A stretch of DNA of 64,000 nt from NCBI RefSeq assembly GCF_009914755.1, contig NC_060926.1, one strand, 5' to 3'. This DNA comes from the human T2T-CHM13v2.0 reference genome, Homo sapiens. The position numbers and the translations under genes were made by a program. Positions 1 to 14,410 of this stretch are shown here, one piece after another. The notes below the pieces were generated by a model. The model saw only the letters and a list, made by a program, of their open reading frames with translations. It searched no databases and was not told where the DNA came from. How positions within the stretch are numbered: the first letter of the stretch is position 1; the number at the start of each line of letters is the position of its first letter.

Positions 1-630
1 GAAGACAGACAGGTGGAAATCATAATTCGTTGTGAAATGGTGGAATTTGGGAAGAGTTAATTGCCATTAAAACACTCACTGTCATCAGGTTTTCAAATGT
101 TTCAGGCTTACAGATTTGTTGCTTCAGTTAATTATAACAAAGACCTACACTGGCCAGAGAGGTTATAGAAATGAAAGAAGGGACCATTATTTAAAAAAAA
201 AAAAAAGCAAACAAGAAACATGAACTTCTCGGGTTTCCTTTTATTTTTACAGTTTTGATGAAAAGTGACTGCAGACATATTACTTGACTGTAAAAACAAC
301 ATCCATGCAAAAGTGACCATATGGACCAACTAGCATTCAGTCTCTAGGCAGAGCAGCCATAAGGAGTGGTGAGGGCTGCAGTCAGCTCAGGAGTATGTGC
401 TGGATCTAAAGGTGGTAGCAGCTACTTAGATCTAGCTATGCAGAAATGTGGGTGCAGATCTTTCGATTTCAAAGATGAGGAGATACATCTAGATCAATAT
501 TTGCTTATATTTAAAATTCACTTACTTTTAATTCTTGGCTCACATTTAAAGAAAATAACAAAATACCCAGTATGTATACCGAATTGCAATCTTTGCACTG
601 TTTGAGTTTCTGAGCTAGGGATGTTGTTTT

Positions 631-661
<31 letters not shown>

Positions 662-1071
662 GCAGTGTCCTACTTCACCTCATCCACTCCCCTATTTCCC
701 TTCCCCCAGCTTTCTTTTTGAAGGCCTAGTCCAATGCTACATCATCAGTAGTTTCTCAGTGGAGACTTTGCCTAGGATCAGAAGAGTCTTAACTATGAGT
801 CTGGGCTCCTCAAGTGGTGCTGCCAGCTACGAATAAAAACACTGAAGTGGCTTACTTTTCTGCCTATAGGAGCATACCGAACCTCAACATTGTCTTGTCA
901 GATCTCAGATATTTTTAAAATTTTGTAGTTGAATAACATTTAGATTTAACATATAAGGAGGGATTGAGGTGAAACAATAATGTGTTAATGATCTATCTGG
1001 CAAATGACAACAAAATAGTGCACATTAGTTTGCAGCAACTATACGTGAAAGTGCTTTGCAAACTAATCATG

Positions 1072-1312
1072 GTAATAACAGTTACCATTTAACAGTGTGT
1101 GTTCTGTACAGACACTCTGCTAAGCATAGTGCATAGATTATATGTTTCCATCCTCACATGAATTCTACAGGGTAGGTGCCATTAGTATCTCCATTTATAG
1201 GCAATCAAGGCTTGAGGAAGGTAAGTAACTTGTTTAAATTCCTGTAGCAGTATGGGATGGACTTTGGATTTAGAGCTAGGCAGTGTGCCTGCAGAGATGA
1301 AGCTCTCAACTT
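1072..1312 (-). mobile_element. MIR SINE relic
   Basis: Degenerate antisense MIR core (tatctccatttatagg...gaggaaggtaagtaacttg...ggatttagagctaggcag). Confidence 0.7.
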
Positions 1313-2919
1313 TCATCTTGGAAAACTACTTTATGAATATTAGCCAATATTATCTTTAAGGGAAGCATCTGAAATAGCAATTACAGAACAAAAACAATAA
1401 TGATAGACCCGGTGAAGATTAGTGTTTGATGAGAATTGTGTAGGTTCCATAAAACATCGCCAATTCCTTCCTGTGTTGTGCTTCATCAGAATTATGATAA
1501 AATTAATATACTACATTTGTCACCTATAGGTGGCAACAGTTGTACAGATGACTTTTTGGTGGATTTTTTTTTCAACTACACTTGGGAATAAAAGTAGGGC
1601 TAAACAGACAAGATGCAAATACATTTTCAAGCTTAAATAAATAGCTTTGCATGTTCTTAAAATATTTTCCTGCCTTTAGTGTAACCATGGAATTATTAGT
1701 GATAATTCAAGCAAGAAGTGTATAGTGGCATATTCTCCAGAAATCTCTTGAGAATTAGACCTTTATTAATTTAATTCCTTGTAGTCAAGCAGTCATTCAA
1801 TCAAACTAATCTACTATGTGACCAGCTTTGTGCAAACAGTCTTGTGGTCTTGATTCTCAGAGGAAGTTTTATAGAAAAGGGTGCTCTTGGAATGGTTTTG
1901 AAGGGCAAATAGGATTGAAATACACAGTAAGGAGGAGGGAGGGAATTCCAATAAATATTCATCTATTATGCCTCTATTGCAACTGTGCAACACTGTGTAG
2001 TCTACTTCAGGACCATGAGTTGCCCAGAGGGTCTCTCCCTTTGGGGATTCTGTAGTAGACAATCACTATAAAGACAGAAATAGAGACGTGCCTACCCCAA
2101 GAGGTTCTAGGAAACTCAACCAGACTCATGAAAGTATCAGCCCGTACATGGGTTATAAAAAGTTTTGACTTCCAAACTGCGTTCTAATCTATGACTCACT
2201 TTGCTCTTCCATCAGCCTGGAAGGTGAGGAAGGCCAGAGTCAGCTATACTTTCCACGCGATATTTATGGAATCTGTGATTCACACAGATTCAAATCCAAG
2301 TGAAATTAGACCTTAAAACTTAGTTTTCTGATTTTTCACACAAAAATTCACAGTAGTTTTTTTTATAGTTCACAATAGTCATGAAGTAGAGATTTTTGAC
2401 TAGAACAATATCCTGAATACCAAGGATAAAATTGGAGGAGATATGGACCCTTGCCATAATGAAGAGGTGGAAAATATGTACGGTGATACAGAAAAACTCA
2501 AGTGATAAACCAGCAAAAAATATATGCATGATGGTATCAGCTTCAAAGAGATACATGTTATGTGTGTACAGCCAGAAACTCCTGTTCATGGTAGAGGAGA
2601 ACAAATAGCAAATTTATGAAATAGTGCAATCAATTATTGTTCTATGATAAATGCTACTCTTTCATTATTTCAAATACATTTCCATCCTTTGATTATGTCT
2701 TAAAAATATTGGTTAGTATATCTAGTGTCAGGAAGAGATCCAATCTATTTGTGAAATTCAAACACAGCATTGTTCCTCAGCTGGGCACTAACATTTATAA
2801 TGAGGATTGGAGCTCTTAGCACAAGTTAATGCAAACAGGACTTTAATCAACATAATTTCTTATTTCTCTATTGCTATAGAGATTCACTGCCCATGGATCA
2901 AGAAAATATGTGGTAGGAA

Positions 2920-3170
2920 AATAGCCCTATTTATAAAGTGTTTTTACTATGAGTCAGGTACTGGGTTGAATGCACTGCATGAAATACCTCATTTAATCCT
3001 GACAGCAAGCCTATGAGATAGCACTATTATCATCCCCATTATACAAATGAGAAAATGCAGATAGCGAGGTCTAAATGTTAGTCCACATATATGTGGCTAA
3101 TAAGTTAGGCAATCAGGATTTGAGCAGAAACAGCCTGACTACAGGACTTGGGATCTTAATCACTGTGTAT
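2920..3170 (-). mobile_element. MIR SINE relic
   Basis: ctcatttaatcctgacagcaagcctatgag...tattatcatccccattatacaaatgagaaaa matches the antisense MIR core. Confidence 0.8.
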
Positions 3171-6100
3171 TACCCCAGGTTTTTAAAAACCAGCGTGCAA
3201 CTCCTGGCTTTGTGCTAATTAGCTGTGTAAGCCCTCTGACCCTTAGTTTCTTTACATTAAAGGTTTTTTTGAATCTTCCCAGTCTATAAAGCTCTGTGAC
3301 TCTAAAATATTCTTAATTGGATATCTTCTGGGCGTCTATTATTGGAATTTGAGGTGGCACAATAACCAACCCTAACACCCCCTTCCCTACTTTAGTTCTC
3401 AATGACTTAAAAAAATAAAAGAAAAAGGCTGACGGGAGGCCAAAAGATCAGCTTTACTAAGAGAAAGTTTGATTGGAGAACAAGGTTTCCATCTGTAAAG
3501 AAGTGGGTTTCCTAACACTGATCCCAAGATATAGACAAGCTTAGTAATTAGCAGCCCTGGGCTGGGAAACAAGTGTCTTCCTGTAAAAACTACAGCATGA
3601 AGGAACAGAACAGAAATTTGTGCTTCTGACAGTCTGATTCCAGAGGGAGACTAGGAAGAGCAAGAAGTTCCCTTCCTGAACTTGCTAGGCAAGTCAGTCC
3701 CTCATTCCCTGGGAGAAGTGAATAAGGGGGGCCCAGAGACTCCAGGAGGGTTACCCTAGGAAGCTCCTTCCATGTTTTTCTCAAACAAAAGAATGTTTGA
3801 GAAGAAGGTGTCCAAGGTGTCCCCTACTACCACCCAACATCTCTGATTACATATGATGCAGATTTTAACTAGACAGTCATATATGGATGAAGGCCAAGAA
3901 GATGCTGGAAAATTCTGGTGCTGCAGGGAGTTAGTTTGCACAGAGAAGCGTCTCCATGGGCAAAGAAATAGGAAGATGGTGATCCAGCAGGTGTGAAAGA
4001 TGGCAGAGCTTCCATTTGGAAGCAAATAAATGAAGTCTAAGAGACGGTCTGTTTAATCAAGGGTTTTGGGCTGAAGCTGAACATGTGATTTACCCCATCC
4101 CTTTTCTGATGAACAAATCTTGAGCACTGGGAAGATGGATTCAGGGAAGAGTTTTATGTTATGTTCTTGTTGTGGGAATGGTGAGGAGGTATTTTAAGCC
4201 AAGGTCTCTTAGTTGAAGATTTGTGCACATCTCAAAGTCTATGTTAAGTGCTATTTGCGAAGGGCAGGCCAACCTCAAGGGAAAAGATGCAACTCAAGTC
4301 ATTTCTCTTTTCTCAGAGGCACTAGTTAATCACTTCCTTAATGCCGCCTCTTACTGCATTCCTGGTGAAGCTACTTTCTAGATGAGACATAAAAATAGAT
4401 AGAATGACCTTTGGTGATCACTAGAGACCCCTCCACACTTTTCTCAAGAGTTGTGATATTAACCCTGTTAACCTGGTCAAATTTCAACTTGGATATTACT
4501 TTCTCCCGGTGCTCGGTTCCCTCTATTACCTCAACTGGACACATTACTCTTGACTTGCCCTTCTGAAAAATTAAAGTGACGCATTGGTAATAGAGAACCA
4601 CTCTCTCCCTCCAACCACACTCACGGAGATGTGATTTGGCACTTGGGGGCACTCTGTTTTCTTACTGGGGTCCTAGAGATTCTTCAGTATCCTCAGGGCA
4701 AACAGATTTTATTAGGTGAAAGAGTAATTTTCAGCAGAGATGTGCTTTTATGACTATATTAACTATACTGCTGTCCTTTACTGTGATCGATGGTCCTCAA
4801 TGACCTCTCCTTGAACCCCTAAACCCAGAGGGGGGAAATAAACTCACTTTTTGAGAAAAAGAGCAAGCAAAGAGAAGGTCAGTGGGAAGCTTAGGGTTGT
4901 TAGAAAATAATACACCTTGTGGAAAGGAAAAGGATGCATTTTGAAGATAAACAATGGCTACAAAGGACATTTAAACACCAGATCAAGAGTACTGAAGGAA
5001 AGAGAAGTCATTTCATCAGTGATAAGAAACATCCCCATATATGGAAAACGGGGGAAAGATGGGAGGGGATGTCCCTTAGTAGGAAGATAAAGTAGCAGGA
5101 AGAAAACCGCAAATTTGCTTATGGCACAGAAAGGCATCTGGGAAGAGGAAAGGCATGTAAGTTGGGATAAAATTGTTATAAGAAACACATTTGTGATTTC
5201 TGCAAACTCTGATGTTAGCGTCATCATTTCCAATGCCCATTTGAAAATTTGGATTTTCTGTTTTCCAGGGGGGAACAGATCCACAAAGACAATTTAAAAC
5301 GTAGGTTGACTGCCTTTAATAATGCTTCCGATTTGATGAGTTGTGGTCAATTTCTCCAAAAGTAAAATGTGCACTATTTTCTGATGATCCAGAATTGGGC
5401 AAACAAGACAGCTCATTGCTATCAGCCTGTGTAAACAGCTTAACTAAATGGAACATGTTTCTCGGTGTTGTTAGATTCCTTTTTCTTCTAGCACAGTAAT
5501 ATTAATTAAACAATTTATGCAGGAATGATAATTGAGCAGTTCCTGAGATGAGAACTTCTAAATCTACTCAAGTAAGGTTAAGAATTTCAGCTGACAAGAG
5601 TTAGGGCATCAAGATTTTCTGCTTTTCATTTATGTATACCATATGAGTAAAAATAAATATATATACTACTCACTTGACTTAAAAGACTGATTAGCCTTTT
5701 TTTTTTTTTAACTACCCTTTGCATCGTTTTATGTCTTAAATATGTCTTAAAGCCTGTTCAGCAAGCCGGGCCATGGCAGGCTTAGGTGTCACTGTGCTTG
5801 TAGCATAAAAAGTCCGTGAACTTTTGTCAGATGAAAATGCAGCATTTACTTATGTATTATAACATCACAGTGCTATGTTTTCATTTTGGAGTGATAGATT
5901 TTTTACTGTTTGTAAAAGAAAAAAATAATTTTTTTGTGTGGATCAGGTGAATATAAAAAAAGCTTATACTACTATTTTTCCCATGGAAGTTCCCCTTCCA
6001 AAAGAAAATCTCCAATACCATTGGAGATGGGTGGACATCATAGAATTATACCTGAAATTGCTAAGTTTTTATGAGGTATGCGGCGAGTGCCAAAGCTAGG

Positions 6101-6759
6101 GAAAAACATTTTATGTTATTCATTAACCTATATAAATAACTAGATGACCTGGAATTACTTCCAACAGAGTTTGGTAGGCCATTTAGGAGCCACAGTGCAT
6201 TATGGCACCCAATTTATTAGGCACTTTACAACAGCCATGGAATTAAATGGGACTGCAAGCTAAGGTTCATCCAGGAACATGCTGATATTGGAGGATGCAA
6301 GAATGTTTGCTCCACTGATGTGTGATTCATTTCCTACTGCAATTCATGTTTTGGGTCAAGAGCTGGTCAGCTTTTCATTTGGATAAAGTTATTTGACATA
6401 TTGAATCCTGACAGCCAGGACAATTCAGAATTGGAACAAATTTATTGATCCTTATTCTAAAAAGAAGAATTTTTTTTTGGTGGGAATTGTTTTAAAGATT
6501 CTTTCAACGATCAATTCTGTGTGGCACTCTAGTTTATGGCAGCAATTGTAGGATGCTCTTAATGGTCACTACCCAGGAAGCACTGGGGTTCTAGAATGGG
6601 GAGACATGCTGGTGGGGAGGTTGCCGATGGGAATCTGCTTCCGTTCCAGATTCCATCCCTTGCTCTACCACAATGTGACAGTGACAATCACCACTTCAAC
6701 TCTGTACCCAGATTGTAATGAATACTTAAATGGGGAGTCTGCTGTTCCTGCCACATCCT

Positions 6760-6850
6760 TTGTTTATTCTTTAGGTATTTACCAAGTACCTACAATGTAC
6801 CAGAAAGTATTCTAGATAGTAGAGATACAGTGGTGTATGAGAAAAGTCAC
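6760..6850 (-). mobile_element. L2 3' end fragment
   Basis: tatttaccaagtacctacaatgtaccagaaagtattctag resembles an antisense L2 terminus. Confidence 0.55.
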
Positions 6851-7237
6851 ATGGAATACATGTTAAGGACTTTTTAATATGAAGCAAATATGGAACAAAG
6901 CATTAGATATACCAGAAAGTGAGTCCCTGAAAATTGCTTTGTTGAGTTAGAATCATCTACCCAGTCTGCTCTTTGGTCTAATAATGGCACCTAGAACACA
7001 AATCTCCTGTCAATTTCAGAGTTATGGATGTGCCCACCCCAAAGGTATTTTTGGAATAACTCCCTGGATTTTCTAAAGCTTCTTTTGATCTTCTTCCATT
7101 TTCAGTCTGTAACATCATTTAGGCAGATATTTTTCATACGTTAACTAGTTACTATTTACACTCAACTTTCTTAACCTTTCTGAGTCTGGTGACTTTCTGA
7201 AATTGACATGTTTAAATCAGAATTTCTTTCTTTTTAC

Positions 7238-7527
7238 TTTTTTTTTTTTTTTGAGACAGAGTCTCACTCTGTTACCCAGGCTGGAGTGCAGTGATGCGAT
7301 CTCGGCTCACTTCAACCTCCACCTCCCAGTTCATGCTATTCTCCTGCCTCAGTCTCCCAAGTAGTTGAGATTACAGGCATGCACCTCCATGCCTGGCTAA
7401 TTTTTGTATTTTTAGTAGAGATGGGGTTTCACCATGTTGGCCAGGCTGGTTTCGAATACCTGACCTCAGGCCATCCACCTGCCTCAGCCTCCCAAAGTGC
7501 TGGGATTACAGGCGTGAACCACCGCAC
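7238..7527 (-). mobile_element. AluS element with the 5' few nt missing
   Basis: Poly-T followed by an antisense Alu dimer ending ...ggcgtgaaccaccgcac. No TSD visible. Confidence 0.95.
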
Positions 7528-7535
7528 ATAAAGAT

Positions 7536-7678
7536 AGTCTATAGATGGACGAATATGCTATCCGTTCTGACATCCCGAAAGGACCAGAGGGAGAGGGTAC
7601 TGCTTGAATAGAACCTAAAAAAAAAATTCTTCCAATCTCATTAGCCCAAATGGATGGAAAGAAAAGGAGGGCAGGCAG
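7536..7678 (+). repeat. Copy 1 of ~143-bp local direct duplication (copy 2 at 9123-9264)
   Basis: Manual alignment gives about 9 differences in 143 nt. Confidence 0.95.
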
Positions 7679-9122
7679 ATTTTAGGTTAGCATCAAGAAA
7701 CCTCTTGGATTAATGGAGGTCTGACTATTGGTTACTTTGGCAACAGCAATTTTCTTTTTGTCAAGAGCAAAGACATGTGGATTCACCTCCCATGGTCACA
7801 CTGGTTTGGCAGCTCTGAGCCATCTGGGGCTTTCTCCTGCACCTCTAGGTAGGCTTGGTCAGCAGTTGGGTGAGGCAGCAGCTGCCACTGCTTTATGGAA
7901 ATCCAGGTGCAATAGCCAATACAATAAGCTCCTCATGGGGCAAAATGTTACTGAAAAGAACAGGCCCAGGATATTACCTTGGTTCAAAAGTAATTGCACC
8001 AACCTAATAGATGGTATAGACATTGTATCTACCCTTTTCTTAAATTCTTTCTTCAGCCAGCAAGTGTCACCTCACCTGGTCTGAGCCAAGTCCAGGCAAT
8101 TTGCTCAAATTCAGATTCCTAGCTACTTCAGGCAGAGGAAGTTTGGTGACCCATCTTGGTGCTTCCAGGTGACAATAGAAACATCATGCTGATGACATTC
8201 TTAGAGGCAGCAATGAGATTGACTACCTGAGTGATAAACCTACAAATATTACTGGATGTATCAAACCAAGAAATTAAACTGTAGGGAGATTAAATTATAG
8301 CTGTCGTAGTACAAAATTCTAGTACCAGGTACCACACAGATGCTATTTAGTCTCTCTCTGCCACATGAAATATATTCATTCAGCAACTTGAATATTGCAT
8401 TATAAAAGGTATTCTCTTCAACTGGCTTTATGCCACTTTATCAAGTTTAAGTCAGCCATTTGCTACAATAAAAATAAACTTCATTTTTGTCTCACATGCA
8501 CAGGACAATTTAATTTTTAAATTAATGTAGAAGTGAAAGGTGCTTTGCTCCAAGAGAAGTATGTCTGCCCTGCATGGCTGTGTAAACACAATGCGATTGC
8601 TATGAGAATTAAATATGGATCAGCAAAATCAATAGTTAATTGTGTAACTCAGGGTCTTTCATTTCAGATCTAATCTGTAAAGAAGGTCCAGGGGATGTTT
8701 GCTTTTGATTTTCTTAAAATATTATTTAAAACCCTTCTGTCAGGCAAGAAAGTTCACAGGGTCTTTACATTATTTCCATAAGTTATTTGGCTTGTGAGTA
8801 GTCAAGGTCATATTGATCGCCCAGCCTTTCCAGCTGTCCTTTTAAAATTCAGTATCTTTATCAGTCAAACTGCCTCATTCTGAGTATCTGGCTTGCACTT
8901 AGGCTAAACAAATTTTATTGCAAAAATAACCCAACGTAACAGGTGTCTTGGTACCAGACATGGATGGACTAGTTGTATTATAAACTGCCTTTTGGTCTAT
9001 GTAATAATACCATTCGGAGTGGCTAAGCAGTCCCCTTCCCCTACAAAGTTGACAAAATATACTGTGCTGTGAAAATGCAAGATGTTGTGTGACATGGCAA
9101 GAAGTACTGTAGGGTTGGGCTG

Positions 9123-9264
9123 AGTCTATAGATGGACGAATATGCTATCCGTTCTGACATCCCAAAAGGACCAGAGGGAGAGGGCACTGCTTGAATAGAA
9201 GCTAAAAAAAAGTTCTTCCAATCTCATTAGCCCAAATGGATGAGAAGGGAAGGAGGGCAGGCAG
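9123..9264 (+). repeat. Copy 2 of ~143-bp local direct duplication
   Basis: agtctatagatggacgaatatgctatccgttctgacatccc...aggagggcaggcag is also present at 7536-7678. Confidence 0.95.
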
Positions 9265-10659
9265 GCCTTCTCTTGCAAAACGAGTAGCACAGTGACTGCG
9301 GAAGACTGTGGGGGTAACAGGCGGACTGCCTTGACCCCTGTGATATCACAGCAGAGCTAAAAATGTAATGTTTGAACTTCTTTTCCCTTTAAAGTGTAAC
9401 CTTTCATATAATAAGTTAAGCCTTGCTCTCTCTTACATATTGTTAGAAGCCTTCATCCATTTTGGGGACTGAAGGCAAAATAATTCTTGAAATAATGAAT
9501 CATTTTTCTCTTACCAGCTTGTCCAGAAATCCCATGATTATTTTGCTATAGCAGACGATGACCTTCTCAAAGGAAGCCTATCAAACGCTCAAGATAAATA
9601 ATGAGAAGGTCTCTCTCTCCTGCCTCCAGGAAAAAACTGCACAGAGGAAAAATGTTTGCTAAACCATTAATATGTTCATCCCAGGATGGGAAGCAGCTTG
9701 GTCTAAAAGAAACAGAGTGGCACATGTGTTTGTGTGTGACCAGTGGCCCCATTCAACAGGACTCCTGGGGCAGCATCCATGGAGGGGCCTCAGGAGACAC
9801 ACCTAAGCCCTTTACCCAGTAACGTCGGAAATGAATGTTTCTCTGGTGGCAGACAGGGTACCTTCTAAACCTCTTGACTCATGAGCAAATTAACTCAAGG
9901 TAAGGAAGCACTGGGTAATGCCGTCTCTCAACAACCTAGAAAAAACATGGTTCTGCTTTACTAGGCCCTGGAACTACAATTAATGGTAATGAATTCCCTC
10001 TTCCCTCACATTCCCACCTTCCCACCAGGCAGCAAATACTCAGGTGGCAAAAGAAGCTTTCTGTCTGTTTTTCTCCCCATGGAAGCAAGGTTTCGCAGAG
10101 TAGGTAGAGAGCTGCAGTAGAAATTGCAACTTTCCCATGATTTAAGTGCTTTGGCTGCCCTGGAGAATGGGGCTGATTTCTCAGGGCAAAAGTCAACTCT
10201 CCATCCATTTATGGCTCTTGTCCAATCTATGGACAGCTGAAGACACAGATCTTAACTCCAGGAGTTGGTGTAAGATCCTTCCCAGCAGTGAAATGGAAAG
10301 AGTTTTCAAAGACATAGGGTCCTCTATGGGAAGAGGTGGGAGAGTCAGGAGGTGAGGAAGAAAATTTTCTATTCCAAGGCAAGCTCAGGAATCAATGGGC
10401 TGAACCAAGTAGTACCCAATGGCTGGGTAGGGGCAAGGGTAAAAAAGCAATCTCAAAAGTAATCAGGATTCAAATGATCCAGGGATTTGCAGATAAAATT
10501 AAAACTGCTCAGCAACACTTCAGGAGAAAAAGTCAGTAGCATGCAGATAGTTATCAAGCACATTATTTTGCCAGCCAGCTGAGGATGGCAGCAAGCTAAA
10601 TTTTGAGTCCAGAAAGGTGGTTAGGGTTTCTGTGCTCTGGATTGTACATCTTCCTCTCT

Positions 10660-10950
10660 CTAACTTGTTCTCCCCACCTTTTAGGATGGCCAACACCCTC
10701 TTATCACTTGAGACTCAGAAGAAGGGAAATCTCCTCTGAATTCTTTTCTGACCAGGGGCCCTGATGACTGCCCCTTGTTGTCCCTTCATCCCTGTGTGGA
10801 CCATTCTCATGGCATGGTGGGTATTTACTGTGTATATCGGTTGCCATAGCTCAGTCTCCCTTGTAGGGACTGAACCTATTTATCTTCACATCTCTTGTGG
10901 CCAGAACACACCTGGCATATAGGTGGTCCATAAATGCTAGTGGAATAAAA
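10660..10950 (+). mobile_element. L2 3' end relic
   Basis: Ends with cacctggcatataggtggtccataaatgctagtggaataaa, a degenerate L2 terminus. Confidence 0.55.
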
Positions 10951-12061
10951 GGAGGATGCTAATTATGTTTATTTACTGGTCATCCTTTTCCCCCCTATCA
11001 CTTTAACTTTCACCTCTCTAATGCCCTTTAATGTCCTTGAAAGCGATTGAATTCCTAAGACAAGCTGCCATACTTTCTGGTGGAGAATACACATTTATTT
11101 CCTGAAGGGTAGTTAATGTCTAATCACCCAGAAGACATTTAGGTTTCTTTTATTTAGAAAGCGGAGATAATAACTCCCCCAGTAAGTAAACAGGAAAATA
11201 GACTTTGTTCTTCAAAAAAAATTTGATTAACATAGTTTCAAGGAACATTTCTACTGTTGTAAACCAAGGTTCTTGAAATAATCAACAACATTACAGATTG
11301 CAAGGTTAGAGATTAAAACATGCAAAATAAGTGGAATCATACCATTTAGCAATGGAAAGACAGACTATGTCGGTGAGGTGTTTTAAATACCCAAACAGTT
11401 TTATGACAAAAAAAATCCTCACTATAAACAAAATGAATTAGGGATTTGCCTTGGAATGAAGGTTTAAAAATAATGGGATGAGTTTAAAGAATACTGCAGG
11501 CCCTTAAAGACGATGAGAGATTTTGAGAGGCCTGAGTGACTTCAGTGGGGTCCATCCCTAAAATAATGAAGGACTAAGTAAGTCAAACCTTAGGGTCGCC
11601 TCTGCAGATCTTTAGCCTGGCCTGTGCAATTGTATTGCACAGAGGAATACAATATGGCAGGAACAGACCAATGTAACAGGTAGCAATTGTTCACGCACCA
11701 GATCTGGCACCAGCTACCAGAGGGAGGGTGAAAGAGGGGAAAATTATCTTTTCTTCAACTCTGTGAAGACTTAGAGTTTCAGATAGTTAAATGTGAGTGG
11801 GCTGGTGTTTCCTCTTTGCTAGATTTAGTGTGTGCGGTTTCTCTGCCATGTATATCTATAGTTCTCTAAAGTGACTGGAGAAATACTTTTCCTTAAATCA
11901 GTGGTAAAGAAGTTACTGGCAAAATGTCCCTTAAATATTCCTGTTGGGTGCTACCAAAGGATTATTTAAAATCATGAAAATAATCCAAAAGCTGCTCCCA
12001 CTGGAAAATGACTAGGAGAAAGATGTTTAAATTCAAAACTGCTAAGCACGGACACCTACCT

Positions 12062-12064
<3 letters not shown>

Positions 12065-12109
<45 letters not shown>
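12065..12109. repeat. (CA)n microsatellite, ~22 units
   Basis: Uninterrupted CA run read directly. Confidence 0.98.
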
Positions 12110-12113
<4 letters not shown>

Positions 12114-13098
12114 CCTCTGAAGCTTTCCAGGGATAGCTATAGAAATTTCATTTTAAGCAAGGGAAAAAAAAATAGAATCACCCCCTCACAAAAATGTTTG
12201 AGTATATTTTGGTCTCTTGGTCAGGGCCAATAAAGATCTCTTGTTGTGAGCCAACTAGAACAGAAATGGAGTGAGAGATGTACTACTTTATGTGGTCTGA
12301 ATGTGATTAGCGATTAGCGCTGGTGGCTTCAGTCACTTGGGAATGGCAATCAGGGTTTTGCTCCTGCAACTCTGAACGACTACAAAACACCCTTGGCTTC
12401 CATCCCATATGATGATGGGATATTAACTGAAAATCTAATTAATCTGTGAATGAATTATGGCCTAAGAAATATACCATTTTATAATCAATTTTAAGCGAGT
12501 CCCTAACAGAAGATAAGATGAAGAAAAAGCTGTAAAATTGTAAGAGGTTGGTACATTCTGTTCACTATGACTGATGATTTTAAGGGGGATAATTTTACAA
12601 TCCATCACATTTTTGTCATTTTAAAAATCATGCCTCCCAATGAATGTTGTAAATTAACTTTAGAATTTACATATTTATTAAAAATTGTATAGAAAACAGC
12701 AGGAACTGTGCCCCATTTGAATAATAAAATAACTTGTTATTCCACTGAAGACAAAAACACACAAAAAAATCAAAAGATTTTATTTTCAGGTAATAATCAT
12801 ATTAATTGCTATCTGAATTAGTTAAACCAAGAATTAATATTCACCAGAGGCAGTGACACAGCATTAAAGATAATCCTCCAAATTCCCATTTTCAAACATG
12901 TCTCAGAACATGTAAAAGCAAGGGAAAGACAAATGGGGAGGTGAGGACCATGTTCTTAGCCTGCGGGGTTGGGCAGCAGCAGATGTTTGAAGCTGAGCTA
13001 CATCACCTGGGGGAAGGGGAGGTGCAGACAGCAAAACACATGATTTGGCTCTGAGATGAAGAAGCACAGGACTTCATTTTAAAAGCCTCTTTGCTTGT

Positions 13099-13385
<287 letters not shown>

Positions 13386-14410
13386 CTACTTCTCCTACTT
13401 TGGTTGAACTCCCTACCCAGAATGGAAGGTTTGCTGGAGGCAACAGAACATCCCAGATGACTCCAGAGCATGCAGGGAAATAACCAGAAGGGCATGGAAC
13501 CATGCCACATAACATGTGGGTGAATACAACCATTCACTCTAGATTAACCTCATAATGGACTGTCAACTCAAAGAACTGGCTCCAAGATAGGAACTGCATG
13601 GATTCATCCACAGAAGGATGAAGGGGTCAAGGGGAATAGAACTGGTGTGTTACCACATGTACTCACTAGTAAGAGTAACCCATTGGGCTGAACTGACACA
13701 AGATGTTCTCTTGAAATTCCTGAGAGATGAGGGAGAAGGATAATGCAGTACATGTTTTTCATGAACTTCAGTTTAATCATGATTCCTTCTTTCCATGAGG
13801 GATTCATGATAGGCTGTTACCACTATTTTTAAGAAAAGAGCAGAGATCCTTCATGAAGTACTGTAGTTGAGTGTGAGGCTTGGCTCACACTGCCTCTGCT
13901 ACTCAGAGTTCATTGCTTCAGTGCAGACATGGCTAATACCTGGCACTTGTGCGGCAACCAACTCCTCTCATGCCCACAGCAGGCATTGCTTATCAGTCTC
14001 TGTCATCTGTCATCTGTCATCCCAAGCATGGATAGGGCCTCAGAATCCTTCTTAACACCACAATTCAGGCAACCTCTGTCTATAGATTGTCCTTGGCATT
14101 TGAGATGAAAGCTATCTTGCATCCTTGTGTGTGTGTGTGTGTATTTATACATGGGAAATATTTATATATTATCAGCATATAATTAAATCTAGCTAGCTAT
14201 ATATTACATCTATATACAGAGATCCAAATACCTATATTATATCTAACTGTCTGCTAATGGTGTAGTCATATTCCTTAGTATCTGCAGCTAATATGAGATA
14301 TAGATTGATATCTTAGTATATGAAAACTTGAAGTCACCTTTGACTCTTCTCTTTGTCTCATACTCCACATCTACCAGTCTTCTGGTAAATTGCCTGTTTG
14401 TTCTCAGAAA

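Noticed and set aside
635-665. T27-GCAG as a + strand acceptor
   Set aside because: No nearby convincing donor. It is more simply an A-tract and a likely oligo-dT mispriming site.
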